A DNA stretch of 12,206 nucleotides from Candidatus Altiarchaeales archaeon IMC4 (GCA_001742785.1 MCBF01000001.1:534358-546563), one strand, 5' to 3'. Shown: positions 1-6,990, counted from the stretch's first letter. The notes: generated by a model not told the origin, from the sequence alone. Numbers and translations are program-made.

Positions 1-186
1 CGTTACTGCCGACACGGTCAAGCACTACATTGCCCAAAGCCATAAGCATTTGCGATTAAATCGCAAATGGTATCCCATGAATCTACGATTCATGAGGAAG
101 GTGAATGGAAGTTTGACTCCGTGGTCGAAACCCTGCCTGTGAAGCAAAGCGGTCCCCAGACCACTTTGCAGGACTTCGCAGCGTAA
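1..186 (+). pseudogene. tnpA: 3' end of IS200/IS605-family Y1 (HUH) transposase TnpA, frameshifted by a short hairpin insert
   Basis: Frame from nt 2 reads VTADTVKHYIAQS, the catalytic YxxxQ helix of Y1 transposases. After about nt 97 a different frame reads GEWKFDSVVETLPVKQSGPQTTLQDFAA* (TAA 184-186). An IS200/605-type end hairpin follows directly. The 5' part lies outside the window. Confidence 0.8.
42..97. mobile_element. Miniature double-hairpin insertion (PATE/REP-like) inside tnpA
   Basis: Perfect inverted repeats CATTTGCGATT-a-AATCGCAAATG (47-69) and CATGAATC-tac-GATTCATG (76-94). Removing 42-97 (56 nt) or 44-93 (50 nt) restores the tnpA frame. Confidence 0.6.
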
Positions 187-198
187 CTACGCTGGCAA

Positions 199-230
199 AA
201 TACCGCCGACTTCAGTCGGCGGTTGTTTAT
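199..230 (+). mobile_element. IS200/IS605 right end (guide, hairpin, cleavage tetranucleotide)
   Basis: AATA (199-202), CCGCCGAC-ttca-GTCGGCGG (203-222), ttgt, TTAT (227-230). It lies just after the tnpA stop with no tnpB between, indicating a tnpA-only (IS200-like) element. Confidence 0.8.
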
Positions 231-297
231 TTTATACGTTGGTTAATATATTACAATCAAAAATTTATCAAAGTAACCAACGTATCGTTAGCGTACA
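229..297 (-). mobile_element. IS481-type left end, copy 2 (interrupted at the transposase start by the IS200 element)
   Basis: Minus strand starts TGTACGCTAACGATACGTTGGTTAC (5'-TGT terminus). Identical to 405-475 except for two 1-nt indels. Confidence 0.7.
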
Positions 298-298
298 G

Positions 299-406
299 CT
301 AAACAGTTACCTTTTTCGCTAAAGCCACAATAGTCTCGCTGCTACTTTGAATTTCCTTTCTTATCGAAGGCGTTGTTCTTGCGTTTTTATGCAGTTTCAA
401 ATTCAT
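299..406 (-). pseudogene. N-terminal stub (35 aa) of an IS481-family transposase
   Basis: Translation MNLKLHKNARTTPSIRKEIQSSSETIVALAKKVTV*. LHxNAxTTPxIR is the characteristic start of IS481-type transposases. Truncated where the second TGT end begins. Confidence 0.75.
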
Positions 407-475
407 TTTATACGTTGGTTAATATATTACAATCAAAAAATTTATCAAAGTAACCAACGTTATCGTTAGCGTACA
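405..475 (-). mobile_element. IS481-type left end, copy 1
   Basis: Minus strand TGTACGCTAACGATAACGTTGGTTAC... leads into the ATG at 406. Internal inverted repeat ACGTTGGTTA / TAACCAACGT. Direct repeat of 229-297. Confidence 0.75.
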
Positions 476-488
476 TTTATGCAATTCG

Positions 489-647
489 CTATATGTCGCT
501 CGTCTTTACCCGTCTTATGGGTTTTCCATTGATCTCTTTTCCGAGATACTTCTTGAATATGTGCTTGACTTTTCCATTCTCTCGATAACTTTCTACAAGT
601 TCAAGATATGTTCCGCTCTTCTTTTTTGTTTTTTTGATGAATGCCAT
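489..647 (-). pseudogene. N-terminal stub (52 aa) of an IS1634-like transposase
   Basis: MAFIKKTKKKSGTYLELVESYRENGKVKHIFKKYLGKEINGKPIRRVKTSDI* resembles the N-terminus of archaeal IS1634-like transposases (YL..VESYR..GKVK....YLGK). It ends 13 nt before the IS481 end. Not in the supplied ORF track. Confidence 0.65.
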
Positions 648-653
648 TTTGGT

Positions 654-689
654 TTGTAGTTAGTAATTTACTAACTACAAGTATAAAAA
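654..689 (-). promoter_or_regulatory. TATA box plus 13-bp perfect palindrome (operator-like) upstream of the transposase stub
   Basis: TTGTAGTTAGTAA-t-TTACTAACTACAA (654-680). Minus-strand TTTTTATA at 682-689; ATG at 647. Confidence 0.6.
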
Positions 690-905
690 GCATTTGTGGA
701 AAAAAGGTATCAAGAACTCAGTTATTGGACGTAGTGGGGAAAATCATGGAGAAATTTAGGTAACTAAAAAGAATGATAGGAAAATGTCGCCTTAAAAAAT
801 TGATAGCCCCAAAATTAACGCTCGCTCCACTCCGTTCCGCGCGGTGCTACACAACCGAGCAAAGCTCGAGTGTGTGTCAGACCAAAGGTCTGCCACATCG
901 CACTC

Positions 906-983
906 CGATAACAACGAGTAAAAGGCTTCATTTCATTACGCCCAAATTCGCTTTCAGCGAACTTCTTTTACTCGTATTTCGAT
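906..983 (+). other. attC-like recombination site with degenerate right core
   Basis: CGATAAC (906-912, R''-like), an 11-bp perfect stem ACGAGTAAAAG / CTTTTACTCGT (914-924/965-975), an inner hairpin TTCGCT-ttc-AGCGAA (947-961), then G|AT at 981 where GTT is expected. Confidence 0.5.
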
Positions 984-1390
984 TTGTGCCGTCTGCCGGC
1001 AACCTTGCAACACGTGATTTTATAATAGTCAAGGAAACCAAAACAAAAAAGGAACTTTCCATGGCCGCATTTTGCCAAGATTTTATAGCAGAAGCACCGA
1101 TTGTACTTGTCGCATGTGCCAATACAAAACGCTCAAGCGATAGGTACGGTGAAAGGGGCGGGCCGTATGCGGTGCAGGACGTGTCAGCTGCGATCCAGAA
1201 CATACTTCTGGTGGCGACCTCTTTAGGCATGGGTGCCTGCTGGGTCGGGGCATTTGACGAAGAAAGAGTGAGGCAGATACTGGAAATCCCAAAAGGGGCC
1301 GTTCCGGTGGCACTGATCCTTTTAGGGTACCCAGATGAAATCCCAGGATCCCCGGAAAAAAGGCTTGATGTACACGTGGAAAAGTGGTGA
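980..1390 (+). pseudogene. Nitroreductase-family protein, 5'-truncated (in frame with ORF 773-1390)
   Basis: PSAGN, FIAEAP, QDVSAAIQNILLVATSLGMGACWVGAFDE and LGYP motifs present. The N-terminal RRS(I/V)R FMN-binding segment is absent; the first 69 codons of the ORF run through non-coding-looking structured DNA. Confidence 0.8.
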
Positions 1391-1422
1391 TGGTTTTTAT
1401 CCCATAAATCTAATTTTTAACG

Positions 1423-3036
1423 ATGACAGAGGTAGCAGAATTAATTGAACGGGTTGTAACAGAAAGCGGAAAGACCGAGAAGGAGATACGCGAAAGGATG
1501 GATGCAAGAAAGGAGGCAACGCACGGGCTTCTTTCCGACTACGGCGCGATATACGCCGTTGCAAAAGAGTTCAACATAGAAATAAACCAGCAGAAGACCG
1601 AAATAACAAAGATATCGCACCTTACGCCGCAGATGTCCGCCAATGTATTGGGCAGGGTCAAAGCCGCATTTGAGCCGAGGGAGTTTGAGCGCAAAGACGG
1701 CAAGAGGGGGAAGGTTTCAAGCATTATACTCGCGGACGAGACAGGTGAGATAAGGCTAACGCTTTGGGATTCCAACACGGAAATCTCAAAAAGGGTAAAG
1801 AAAAACGACGCGATACTTGTAAAAAACGGCTACGTAAAGGAGGGCATGCGCGGCATGGAACTGAATGCAGGGGCCCTCACCTCGCTAACCCTTAACCCGA
1901 AAACAGACGAAAAACTACCCCCTCTAAAATCCACGGTAAACAAGATTTCGCAGCTGAAGCAGGACATGCCCTCCGTGAATGTTGTGTGCAGGATAAATTC
2001 AATCTACCCTGCCTCGGAGTTCGAGCGCGAGGACGGAAGCGTCGGCCACCGCGCATCGCTCATATGCGAGGACGAGACAGGAACTATAAGGGTCGTGCTG
2101 TGGGGCGAGCTTGCAAAACAGGAATTGGAGGCCGGCGATATAATCGAGATCGAGGAGTGCTACACGAAGCTCGGCATGAACAACGTGCTTGAGCTTCAGG
2201 CAGGAAACCGAAGCAGGGTCTCGAAAAGCGATGCAAAGCTGAAGCTGCCGAAGATAGAGAAAAAGCCGCAGTTGGAGATTGGCGGGATAGGGCCGGAACT
2301 TCAGGGAATCGCAGTGGAAGGCAGGGTCATGAAACTTTACCCGCCGAGGGACTACTCGGGCGGCCAGATGGCGTCGCTTGTCATAGGCGACCAGACCGGC
2401 ACCATAAGGGCGGTCCTGTGGAACGAGAAGGCAAAGCTGTCCGAAGGCATAAAAGCGGGCGACGCGGTGAAGATAACGAACGCCTACACGAGGGCGAACC
2501 TGAACAACGAACCGGAGATTCACATAGGAAAGTACGGGAACATGACCAAGGCCAAGGACTCGAATGTCCCGGAGCTGAGTGCAATAGAGGAATCGCTGAT
2601 AAAAGAGAAGGACATAATCGCCCTCGAGGACAACGACCGCAGCACCAGGATAGCCGGCAAGGTAGTGGACATCGACAAACGCCCGGTGATATTCATGACC
2701 TGCCCCGAGTGCGGGAAGAAGGCGCAGAGTTTGGGCGGCGAGTGGTTCTGCGAGACCTGCGGAGATATAACCCCCACCCCGAATATGATAACCTCTTTTA
2801 CCGTCGAGGACAAGACTGGCAGCATCCGCGCGGTTGCGTTCAGGCAGAATGCGCAGAAGTTACTCGGAACCGACGTCGGGGAGGTTATGAACCTGATAGG
2901 GGAAACGCAGGACGAGATGGCACCGGTTGAGAAGGCCAAGGAGAAGATGCTGAACAAGAAGATTTCGCTTGTCGGAAACGTGAGATTCAACGATTTCTCG
3001 GAGCAGTTGGAGTTTCTGGTGGATGAAGTGGTATGA
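1423..3036 (+). CDS. rpa: Replication protein A (ssDNA-binding; several OB folds plus C-terminal Zn finger)
   Basis: Repeated OB-fold motifs DETGEIRLTLW, DETGTIRVVLW, DQTGTIRAVLW, DKTGSIRAVAF; CPECG...CETCG zinc finger; T-rich TATA-like stretch about 25 nt upstream. Confidence 0.93.
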   Translation: MTEVAELIERVVTESGKTEKEIRERMDARKEATHGLLSDYGAIYAVAKEFNIEINQQKTEITKISHLTPQMSANVLGRVKAAFEPREFERKDGKRGKVSSIILADETGEIRLTLWDSNTEISKRVKKNDAILVKNGYVKEGMRGMELNAGALTSLTLNPKTDEKLPPLKSTVNKISQLKQDMPSVNVVCRINSIYPASEFEREDGSVGHRASLICEDETGTIRVVLWGELAKQELEAGDIIEIEECYTKLGMNNVLELQAGNRSRVSKSDAKLKLPKIEKKPQLEIGGIGPELQGIAVEGRVMKLYPPRDYSGGQMASLVIGDQTGTIRAVLWNEKAKLSEGIKAGDAVKITNAYTRANLNNEPEIHIGKYGNMTKAKDSNVPELSAIEESLIKEKDIIALEDNDRSTRIAGKVVDIDKRPVIFMTCPECGKKAQSLGGEWFCETCGDITPTPNMITSFTVEDKTGSIRAVAFRQNAQKLLGTDVGEVMNLIGETQDEMAPVEKAKEKMLNKKISLVGNVRFNDFSEQLEFLVDEVV

Positions 3037-3042
3037 GACGAC

Positions 3043-3999
3043 CTACAAATACTTCAGATAAATCTCGAAAAACTTCCTGTACGTGTCCTTAAAATTGTCC
3101 AGGAAGAACCTCTCCGGTTTTTCTTTGTGACCCCGGTCAAAGGCATCAAGTGCGGCAAGATAGGACATCCTCTTGGTTTTCCTGATTATCAACGGGGGGT
3201 AGCCGTTATTTACTAGTATAACATTGCTCAGGAACCTGCCAACGCGGCCGTTCCCGTCCTGAAACGGGTGTATATGCTCGAACCTGCCGTGGAATACTGC
3301 CGAAACCTGAAGCGGGTGCATGTCCTTCAGGGCGGCATTGTGCCAGTCTATCAACTTGGTCATCTCCTCGTGCACCTTTTCGGGAGGCGTTGTTTCAACG
3401 CGGCGGCCGAGCAGGACATTGGGGAATCGCTTGTACCCGATCCTATCATCAATATCCCTCATGAACATCTTGTGTATTTTTATCGCGCTTTTGTGGCTGA
3501 CGTCGAATTTTTTCTTTAGAACCAGATCCATCACGTCCCTCGCGTTTATTGTTTCATAGACTTCTCTCAGGTCTTTTCCCGCTACCACCGCATTCTCAAA
3601 GATAACTATGTTCACGTCCTTGAGCGTCAGGGAGTTGCCTTCCAGTACGTTTGTTTCATAGGTGTAGTTTGCAACAAATACGTCAAACAGGTCTTTTAAC
3701 TGGGCTTTATCCAAACTTCCGATCAGGTACTTGTATCGAACGCGCATTGATTCGATTTTTGTTATTTCCTCCTTTGTGAATACGTAATTCGTTTTAAATC
3801 TGCTTAAGGCATATTCTGCGTTTAGTTCTACCTCTTTTTCTATGAAATACCCGTTGTATTTTTCTTCGAGTTTTTTTAGATTATCGTTTCCGTCAGTTAG
3901 TTTAGAAATTTTCTTTATCGAGCCATTCGGCAGCCTTACAGATTTCACGAGGTACTGGTATTTTTTACCATTTATTGTTTTTTCCGTCAGGTAGGCCAT
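3043..3999 (-). CDS. Fic-domain protein (class II, AMPylase-type)
   Basis: Canonical HPFQDGNGRVGR motif; N-terminal inhibitory motif TNVLEGN matching (S/T)xxxE(G/N). Confidence 0.93.
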   Translation of the reverse strand: MAYLTEKTINGKKYQYLVKSVRLPNGSIKKISKLTDGNDNLKKLEEKYNGYFIEKEVELNAEYALSRFKTNYVFTKEEITKIESMRVRYKYLIGSLDKAQLKDLFDVFVANYTYETNVLEGNSLTLKDVNIVIFENAVVAGKDLREVYETINARDVMDLVLKKKFDVSHKSAIKIHKMFMRDIDDRIGYKRFPNVLLGRRVETTPPEKVHEEMTKLIDWHNAALKDMHPLQVSAVFHGRFEHIHPFQDGNGRVGRFLSNVILVNNGYPPLIIRKTKRMSYLAALDAFDRGHKEKPERFFLDNFKDTYRKFFEIYLKYL

Positions 4000-4009
4000 A
4001 GTATTATAC

Positions 4010-4050
4010 TAACCCCACAGATTTATAAATACTCATATTTTGTGGGGTTA
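4010..4050 (-). promoter_or_regulatory. Fic promoter: TATA box flanked by a 10-bp inverted repeat
   Basis: TAACCCCACA (4010-4019) and TGTGGGGTTA (4041-4050) bracket ATTTATAAAT (4021-4030), 22-31 nt upstream of the ATG at 3999. Confidence 0.65.
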
Positions 4051-4059
4051 AGAAAGAAT

Positions 4060-5772
4060 TTACGAATCCGCCTTTACCCTCTTCATCCCCTTAATCTCCT
4101 TCAGGGTTTTCAGTTCTTCCTCGGATAACTGGTCGGTCTTAATCTTCGCAACCTCCTCGTTTGAGATGAACGAATAAACAACATCCCCCTCGTTTATCTG
4201 CCTGCCGATGGTTACGTCCTCTATCGACATCGCGACCTGCTGGCCCTGTTTGGCATCTTTTATCCTCTCCTTGTCAAGCTGCATCTCCTTTATCCTGCCC
4301 ACGACCTTCCCATCGCTTCGCATGAGGCTTTGGCCCACGCTGATTTTCCCGACGAGTATCTCAACCCCGACTATCGCGGGCTTGCATGTCCTGAAGACGT
4401 GCTTGGGCATCAGCTTTATCTTCGCAGGCACCACGAACTCCTCCTTACGGGACTCCCTCTCTTTTTTGGCCCAATCTTCGTAACCCTCGATGAGCCGGTA
4501 TATGACATCCGAGGAGAATATCTTCAGGTTCTTGTCGAACGCCATGGTTTTCGCCTCGTCAAGCACGGGCGAGTTAAACGACAGGATCACCCCGAAAAGC
4601 GGCTCCTCGGCATGCACCGCAGAGGCCTCGACCACGTCCCTCTTGTTCACCTTCCCGACGCCGCCGCGCTTTATAGGGATTTTGGCCTCCTCGAGCATCC
4701 TGACAAGGGCTTCAAGCGAACCCAGGGTGTCGGCCTTTACTATGACGCCAAGGGTATCCCTCGTGAACTCGACAGCCCCGATTTCCTTTTTCACTTCGCC
4801 GACAAGTTCCTCGCCGCCGACATAGACCGGCGCCCCGGCCAATGCGTTCTCAAGGATAGGCGCAACTATCCGGACGCCGGACGCAGCATAAACCTCATCG
4901 ACGTGCTTGAATTTGTCACGAGGGTCCGACATCTCGTCAAGCGGCATGGGCCTCAAAAGCGCCTTTACCTTCGTAATTATCGGCTCTTCTGCGCCAACCA
5001 CAATCAGGTCCCCCCTCTTTATCCGCCCCTCATAGATTATCACATCGATCGTTACCCCAAGGCCCTTTTTCTCCTTCACCTCAAGTATCGTTCCCTTTCC
5101 AGGGGAATCTATATCAACGCTCAGCTGCCCTGCCAGATACTGCTGCGCAAGCCCCATGATAACCATCAGAAGCTCGGGGGTCCCGTACCCGGTCCTGGCG
5201 GAAACGGGGACGATTGCCACCTGTTTGCCGAAGTTTGTTATATTGTTGTACATATCCGAGTCAAACCCGTGCTCGGAGAGTGCGCCGACCAATTTGTAGA
5301 ACTTGTCATAGAACTCGCGCTTTATGTGCTCAGGCGAGTCATCCACTCGAGTGAATCCCTTTATCGCGTCCACCTTATTCGCCGCAACGACAAAGGGCGT
5401 TTTGTAATGCCTAAGTATGTTTATCGCCTCAACAGTCTGCGGCATAAATCCCTCGTTTATGTCCACGACCAGTATCGCTATATCTGAGACGCTGCCGCCC
5501 CTTTTTCTGAGGTTCGTGAACGCGGCATGCCCTGGGGTGTCTATGAACAGCAAACCCCTCACATCAATCCTGAGTTTGAGTTTATCAAGCATCGGGCCGC
5601 AGACCTGCTTTATGACCTCGAAGGGGACGTCGGTTGCGCCGATGTGCTGGGTTATCTGTCCCGCCTCGCGGCTTGCGACCACCGTGCCCCGTATCCTGTC
5701 AAGAAGCGAGGTCTTGCCGTGGTCCACGTGCCCGAGGACGGTTATTATGGGTTCTCTTGTATGTTTGTGCAT
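4060..5772 (-). CDS. infB: Translation initiation factor IF-2 / aIF5B
   Basis: GHVDHGKT, GQITQHIGA, DTPGH, NKVD and KADTLGSLEAL motifs; archaeal length (570 aa); no intein. Confidence 0.97.
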   Translation of the reverse strand: MHKHTREPIITVLGHVDHGKTSLLDRIRGTVVASREAGQITQHIGATDVPFEVIKQVCGPMLDKLKLRIDVRGLLFIDTPGHAAFTNLRKRGGSVSDIAILVVDINEGFMPQTVEAINILRHYKTPFVVAANKVDAIKGFTRVDDSPEHIKREFYDKFYKLVGALSEHGFDSDMYNNITNFGKQVAIVPVSARTGYGTPELLMVIMGLAQQYLAGQLSVDIDSPGKGTILEVKEKKGLGVTIDVIIYEGRIKRGDLIVVGAEEPIITKVKALLRPMPLDEMSDPRDKFKHVDEVYAASGVRIVAPILENALAGAPVYVGGEELVGEVKKEIGAVEFTRDTLGVIVKADTLGSLEALVRMLEEAKIPIKRGGVGKVNKRDVVEASAVHAEEPLFGVILSFNSPVLDEAKTMAFDKNLKIFSSDVIYRLIEGYEDWAKKERESRKEEFVVPAKIKLMPKHVFRTCKPAIVGVEILVGKISVGQSLMRSDGKVVGRIKEMQLDKERIKDAKQGQQVAMSIEDVTIGRQINEGDVVYSFISNEEVAKIKTDQLSEEELKTLKEIKGMKRVKADS

Positions 5773-5877
5773 TTTTATTGTCTTATAAAGTATACTCTTT
5801 TCTTTTGGGGTGATAGCACTTTTCTTTTGGAAAAGAAAAGGGCTATTTTTTAACCAAACAGATTATATATTAAACTG

Positions 5878-6321
5878 ATGAATATTAGACTAAAAACCAA
5901 GGGTCAGGGGGCGCTTGAATACATCACGACCTACGGGTGGGCGATACTTGTCGTCATGATTGCGGGGCTTGTGATGTGGCAGTTGGGCATCTTCGGCGGC
6001 ACAACGACGCCTACAAGGTGCGAATTTTCAGGCGGCGTTAAAGCAGTAAGCTGCGTGTTGAATGACGGAAGCGTAGGGCTGATAGTCTCTAACATGGGCG
6101 GGCAGAACATAAAGATAACCAAGGGTTGGGCTGATGATTGTACTGGTATGCCAGCACCTAATATAGTTCTTGGGACGGGTGATGTGACAAACATAACAAT
6201 CTCCGGGTGCAGTGCAACAACCGGAAATTTTTTTAGCACAACGGTTTACGTAAACTACACCTCGGTTATGACCACCCTCGAGCACACGGCGACTGGTACT
6301 ATATCGGGAACAGTGGAATAA
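5878..6321 (+). CDS. Class III signal-peptide-containing (archaeal pilin-like) protein
   Basis: KG|QGALEYITTYGWAILVV: basic residues, Gly at -1, Glu at +5, hydrophobic helix, then a Thr/Gly/Cys-rich beta-type domain. Confidence 0.85.
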   Translation: MNIRLKTKGQGALEYITTYGWAILVVMIAGLVMWQLGIFGGTTTPTRCEFSGGVKAVSCVLNDGSVGLIVSNMGGQNIKITKGWADDCTGMPAPNIVLGTGDVTNITISGCSATTGNFFSTTVYVNYTSVMTTLEHTATGTISGTVE

Positions 6322-6921
6322 TCATTGCAGCAATGCGAAGTTCTTCAGCAGCCTCAGGCCCGCAGCGCCGCTTTTTTCCGGGTGAAACTGCACTGCAAAA
6401 ACGTTATCCTTCGCGATTGCGGATGGGAATTCAACCCCGTACTCGCATGTTGCGGCAACAACCCCCGCGTCCTCTGGAGCAACGTAATACGAGTGCACGA
6501 AATAGAAAAATTCGCCCGACAGCCCATCCAAGATTTTGCACCTTGACTTTTGACTTTTGCACTTGATACTGTTCCAGCCCATGTGCGGGACCTTGACGTT
6601 TTTGAATTTTAGGCATTCGCCTTTTACGATGCCCCACCCCGCCGCCCCCGCCGACTCTTCACTTTTCTCCATGAGCATCTGGATGCCGAGGCAGATGCCC
6701 AAAAAGGGAACTCCCTCATCTATCTTTTCAATAACGGGCTGTTTGAATTTCTCCAGCGCTTTTGCGGCATCGTCGAAATTTCCAACGCCGGGAAGCAATA
6801 TAGCAGAAGCATTGTCCAGTCCGGACGGGTCTTCCGATAGCACGTGCCCTATATTCAAAAAACGAAGGGCGTTATCTATGCTCCTGAGGTTTCCAGCCCC
6901 GTAGTCTATTATTGCGATCAT
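6322..6921 (-). CDS. hisH: Imidazole glycerol phosphate synthase glutaminase subunit
   Basis: IIDYGAGNL, LPGVG, GICLG, PHMGWN, YFVHSY and QFHPEKS motifs; SD-like GGGGGTGA at 6938-6931. Confidence 0.95.
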   Translation of the reverse strand: MIAIIDYGAGNLRSIDNALRFLNIGHVLSEDPSGLDNASAILLPGVGNFDDAAKALEKFKQPVIEKIDEGVPFLGICLGIQMLMEKSEESAGAAGWGIVKGECLKFKNVKVPHMGWNSIKCKSQKSRCKILDGLSGEFFYFVHSYYVAPEDAGVVAATCEYGVEFPSAIAKDNVFAVQFHPEKSGAAGLRLLKNFALLQ

Positions 6922-6982
6922 ATTTGTAGCTCACCCCCATATACGTATTGGCGTAAAGGTTAATTATCCAAAACCACTTTTA

Positions 6983-6990
6983 TTTATATA
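6983..6990 (+). promoter_or_regulatory. Probable TATA box of the rRNA operon
   Basis: TTTATATA at the start of the hairpin-rich leader that precedes 16S. Confidence 0.5.

Larger units (their letters stand above)
476..721 (-). mobile_element. Left portion of an IS1634-like element
   Basis: Contains the transposase stub and its promoter. The putative terminus CTGAGTTCTTGATA (721-708) is inferred; the partner inverted repeat is not in the window. Confidence 0.45.

Noticed and set aside
187..230. TnpB/omegaRNA locus
   Set aside because: The right end follows tnpA within 45 nt, leaving no room for tnpB or an omegaRNA scaffold.
229..475. The ~70-nt direct repeats as a CRISPR array, attC/attI or dif sites
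   Set aside because: Only two copies, too long for CRISPR repeats. The minus-strand TGT terminus leading into an IS481-type ORF explains them better than the GTTAGC core does.
1539..2990. Alternative-frame and antisense ORFs within rpa (likewise those within fic, pilin and hisH)
   Set aside because: Fully overlap well-supported genes and show no motifs.
4330..5487. 385-aa ORF antisense to infB
   Set aside because: No recognisable motifs; typical shadow ORF produced by codon bias of the real gene.
4060..5772. Intein in aIF5B
   Set aside because: The G-domain motifs are contiguous and the length is normal.
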